Origin: Callorhinchus milii
Lineage: Eukaryota
Assembly: GCF_018977255.1 (NCBI RefSeq)
Contig: NW_024704743.1
Location: 80,664,001-80,728,000 of the forward strand
DNA length: 64,000 bases
Direction of reading: 5' to 3'
Every line of letters begins with the position of its first letter. Position 1 is the first letter of the stretch. Below are positions 61,958-64,000 of the stretch, one piece after another. A program made the translations under genes and the position numbers. The notes below the pieces were generated by a model. It was not told where the DNA came from and did no database searches. It worked only from the letters and a program-made list of their open reading frames with translations.

Positions 61958-64000
61958 GGCAAGGAGGGGCAGAGAGGAGGGGAAAAGGGGAGGGGGACAG
62001 GGCAGGGGGAGAGGTGAAGGAGGAAAGTGGAGGGGAAGAGAGGAGGGCGAGAGGGGAAGGGGGAGAGGGGAGTGGGAAAGGGGAGGGGTAGAGGGGAAAG
62101 GGGAGGGAAAGGGGAAGGGGCGAAGGGGAGGGGTAGAGGGGAAAGGGGAGATGGGAGGGGAGAGAGAGGAGGGGGAGTGGGGAAGGGGGAGAGGGGAAGG
62201 GGGAGAGGGGAGGGGTGAAGGGGGAGAGGGGAAGGGGGAGAGGGAAGGGGGAGAGGGAGGAGTTGAGGGGAAGGGGAGAGGGGAGGAGAGAGAGGAGGGA
62301 AGAGGGGAGGGGAGACAGGGGAGGGGTAGGGGGAAGGGGGTAGAGAGGAGGGGGAGAGGGGAAGTGGGCAGAGAGGAGGGGAGAGGGGAAGGGGGAGAGG
62401 GGAGTGAGGAGGGGTGAAGAGAGGAGGGGATGTGGGGGAGGGGGAAGAAGGGAAGCGGAAAATGGGAAGGGAAGAGGGAGGGGGAGGAGAGAGGAGGGAG
62501 AGGGATAGTGGGAGAGGGAGGGGGAGAGGGGAGTGGAAAAGGTAGGGGAGCAGGTGGAGGGGGCAGAGAGGAGGTGGGAAGAGAGGAGGGGGGCAGAGAG
62601 GAAGGCGGAAGAAGGGAAGGGGGAGAGGGAAAGGGAGAGGGGAGGGGGGGGAAATGAGTGTGGGGGAAGAGAGGAGAGGGCAAAGAGGACGGGGAGAGGG
62701 GAAGTTGGAAAAGGGAGGGGAAGAGAGGGCACAAGGAGAAGAGTGGAGGGGACAGAGAGGGGGGCGTCGAGGAAAAGGGAAGAAGGATAGTGAAGAAGGG
62801 AAGGGGAAGAAGGGAAGGGGAAGAGGGGAGAGGTAGAGGGAGGGGGAGAGGGAAGGGGGAGAGAGCAAGGGAGAGGAGCAGGGGGAGAGGAGCAGTGGGA
62901 GAGGGGAAGGGGGAGAGGAGCAGTGGAGAGGGAAGTGGGAGAGGGAAGGGGGAGAGGGGAAGGGGAGAGGGAAGGGGGAGAGGAGCAGTGGAGAGGGGAA
63001 GTTGGGAGAGGGGAAGGGGAGAGGGGAAGGGGGAGAGGGAAGGGGGAGAGGAGCAGTGGGAGAGGGAAAGGGGAGAGGAGCAGTGGGAGAGGAGCAGTGG
63101 GAGATGAGCAGTGGGAGAGGGGAAGGGGGAGAGGGAAGGGGGAGAGGAGCAGTGGGAGACGGGAAGGGGGAGAGAAGCAGGGGGGGAGGGGAAGGGGAGA
63201 GGAGCAGTGGGAGACGGGAAGGGGAGAGGAAGCAGGGGGGGAGGGGAAGGGGAGAGGAGCAGGGGGAGAGGGGAAGGGGGAGAGGAGCAGGGGGAGAGGG
63301 GAAGGGGGAGAGGGGAAGGGGGAGAGGTGCAGGGGTAGAGGGGAGAAAGGAGTGGGGAGGGAAGGGGAGATGTGGGGGAGAGGGGAAGGGAGAGAGAGGA
63401 GGGGAAGGTGTAAAGGGGAGGGGAAGAGAGGAGGGGAAAGGAGGCAGAGAAGAGGGTGCAGAGAGGAAGGGTGAAGAAGCGAATGGGAAGAAGGGAAGGG
63501 GAGAAAGGAGTGGAAGAGGGAAGGGTGATGAGGGGGAGAGGGGAAGGGGTAGAGTGGAGAGGGAGAAAGGAAGGGGAGAGAAGGCGGAGAGAGGAAGTGG
63601 GAGAGGGCGTGTGTTAGAGAGGAGGGGGCGAGAGAGAGGAGGAGGAGGGGGCGAGAGAGAGGAGGAGGAGGGGACGCGAGAGAGGAGGAGGAGGGGGCGA
63701 GAGAGAGGAGGTGAGGGCGAGAGAGAGGAGGAGGAGGGGCGAGAGAGAGGAGGAGGAGGGGGCGAGAGAGAGAAAGAGGAGGGGCGAGAGAGAGGAGGAG
63801 GGGGCGAGAGAGAGGAGGGGCAAGAGGGGGGGCGAGAGAGTGGAGGGGCGAGAGAGAGGAGGGGGCGAGAGAGAGGAGGGGCGAGAGAGAGGAGGGGGCG
63901 AGAGAGAGGAGGGGGCGAGAGAGAGGAGGGGGCGAGAGAGAGGAGGGGGCGAGAGAGAGGAGGGGGTGAGAGAGAAGAGGGGTGAGAGAGAAGAGGGGGT
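61958..64000. repeat. More than 2 kb polypurine (G/A) low-complexity tract with minisatellite subunits
   Basis: Nearly pure G/A, with GGGGAGAGGAGCAGTGGGAGA-type units (~62860-63300) and GGGGCGAGAGAGAGGA-type units (~63620-64000). Confidence 0.99.

Noticed and set aside
61907..63985. Long Gly/Arg/Glu-rich and Pro/Ser/Leu-rich ORFs
   Set aside because: Translation of the low-complexity purine tract.

Overview
This is vertebrate genomic DNA, not prokaryotic. The L2/CR1/Tx1 LINEs and tRNA-headed Deu-domain SINEs point to a cartilaginous fish, possibly a chimaera (inference). The window holds the 5' part of NSMCE2 (MMS21/Nse2, SUMO ligase of the SMC5/6 complex): a CpG-rich bidirectional-type promoter near 50.2-50.4 kb and three phase-compatible coding exons. 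The first coding exon (52778-52922) is on the + strand, while the next two (38582-38476 and 24288-24135) are on the - strand on the other side of a 25-N assembly gap. This suggests a mis-oriented contig or a real inversion. The intron between the two minus-strand exons hides a decayed foamy-virus-like (spumaretrovirus-like) endogenous retrovirus at about 33.0-38.3 kb, recognised from integrase and RNase H motifs and interrupted by nested Tx1 and L2 insertions. Also present are a near full-length single-ORF L2 LINE with a close inverted partner copy, five young tRNA-Ala-headed SINEs sharing a covarying 3' stem-loop with the L2, several MITE-like hairpins, a degenerate hammerhead-like motif, a 2.2 kb CA-type microsatellite and a 2 kb polypurine tract. 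Protein comparisons are from my recall of the reference sequences, not from database searches.
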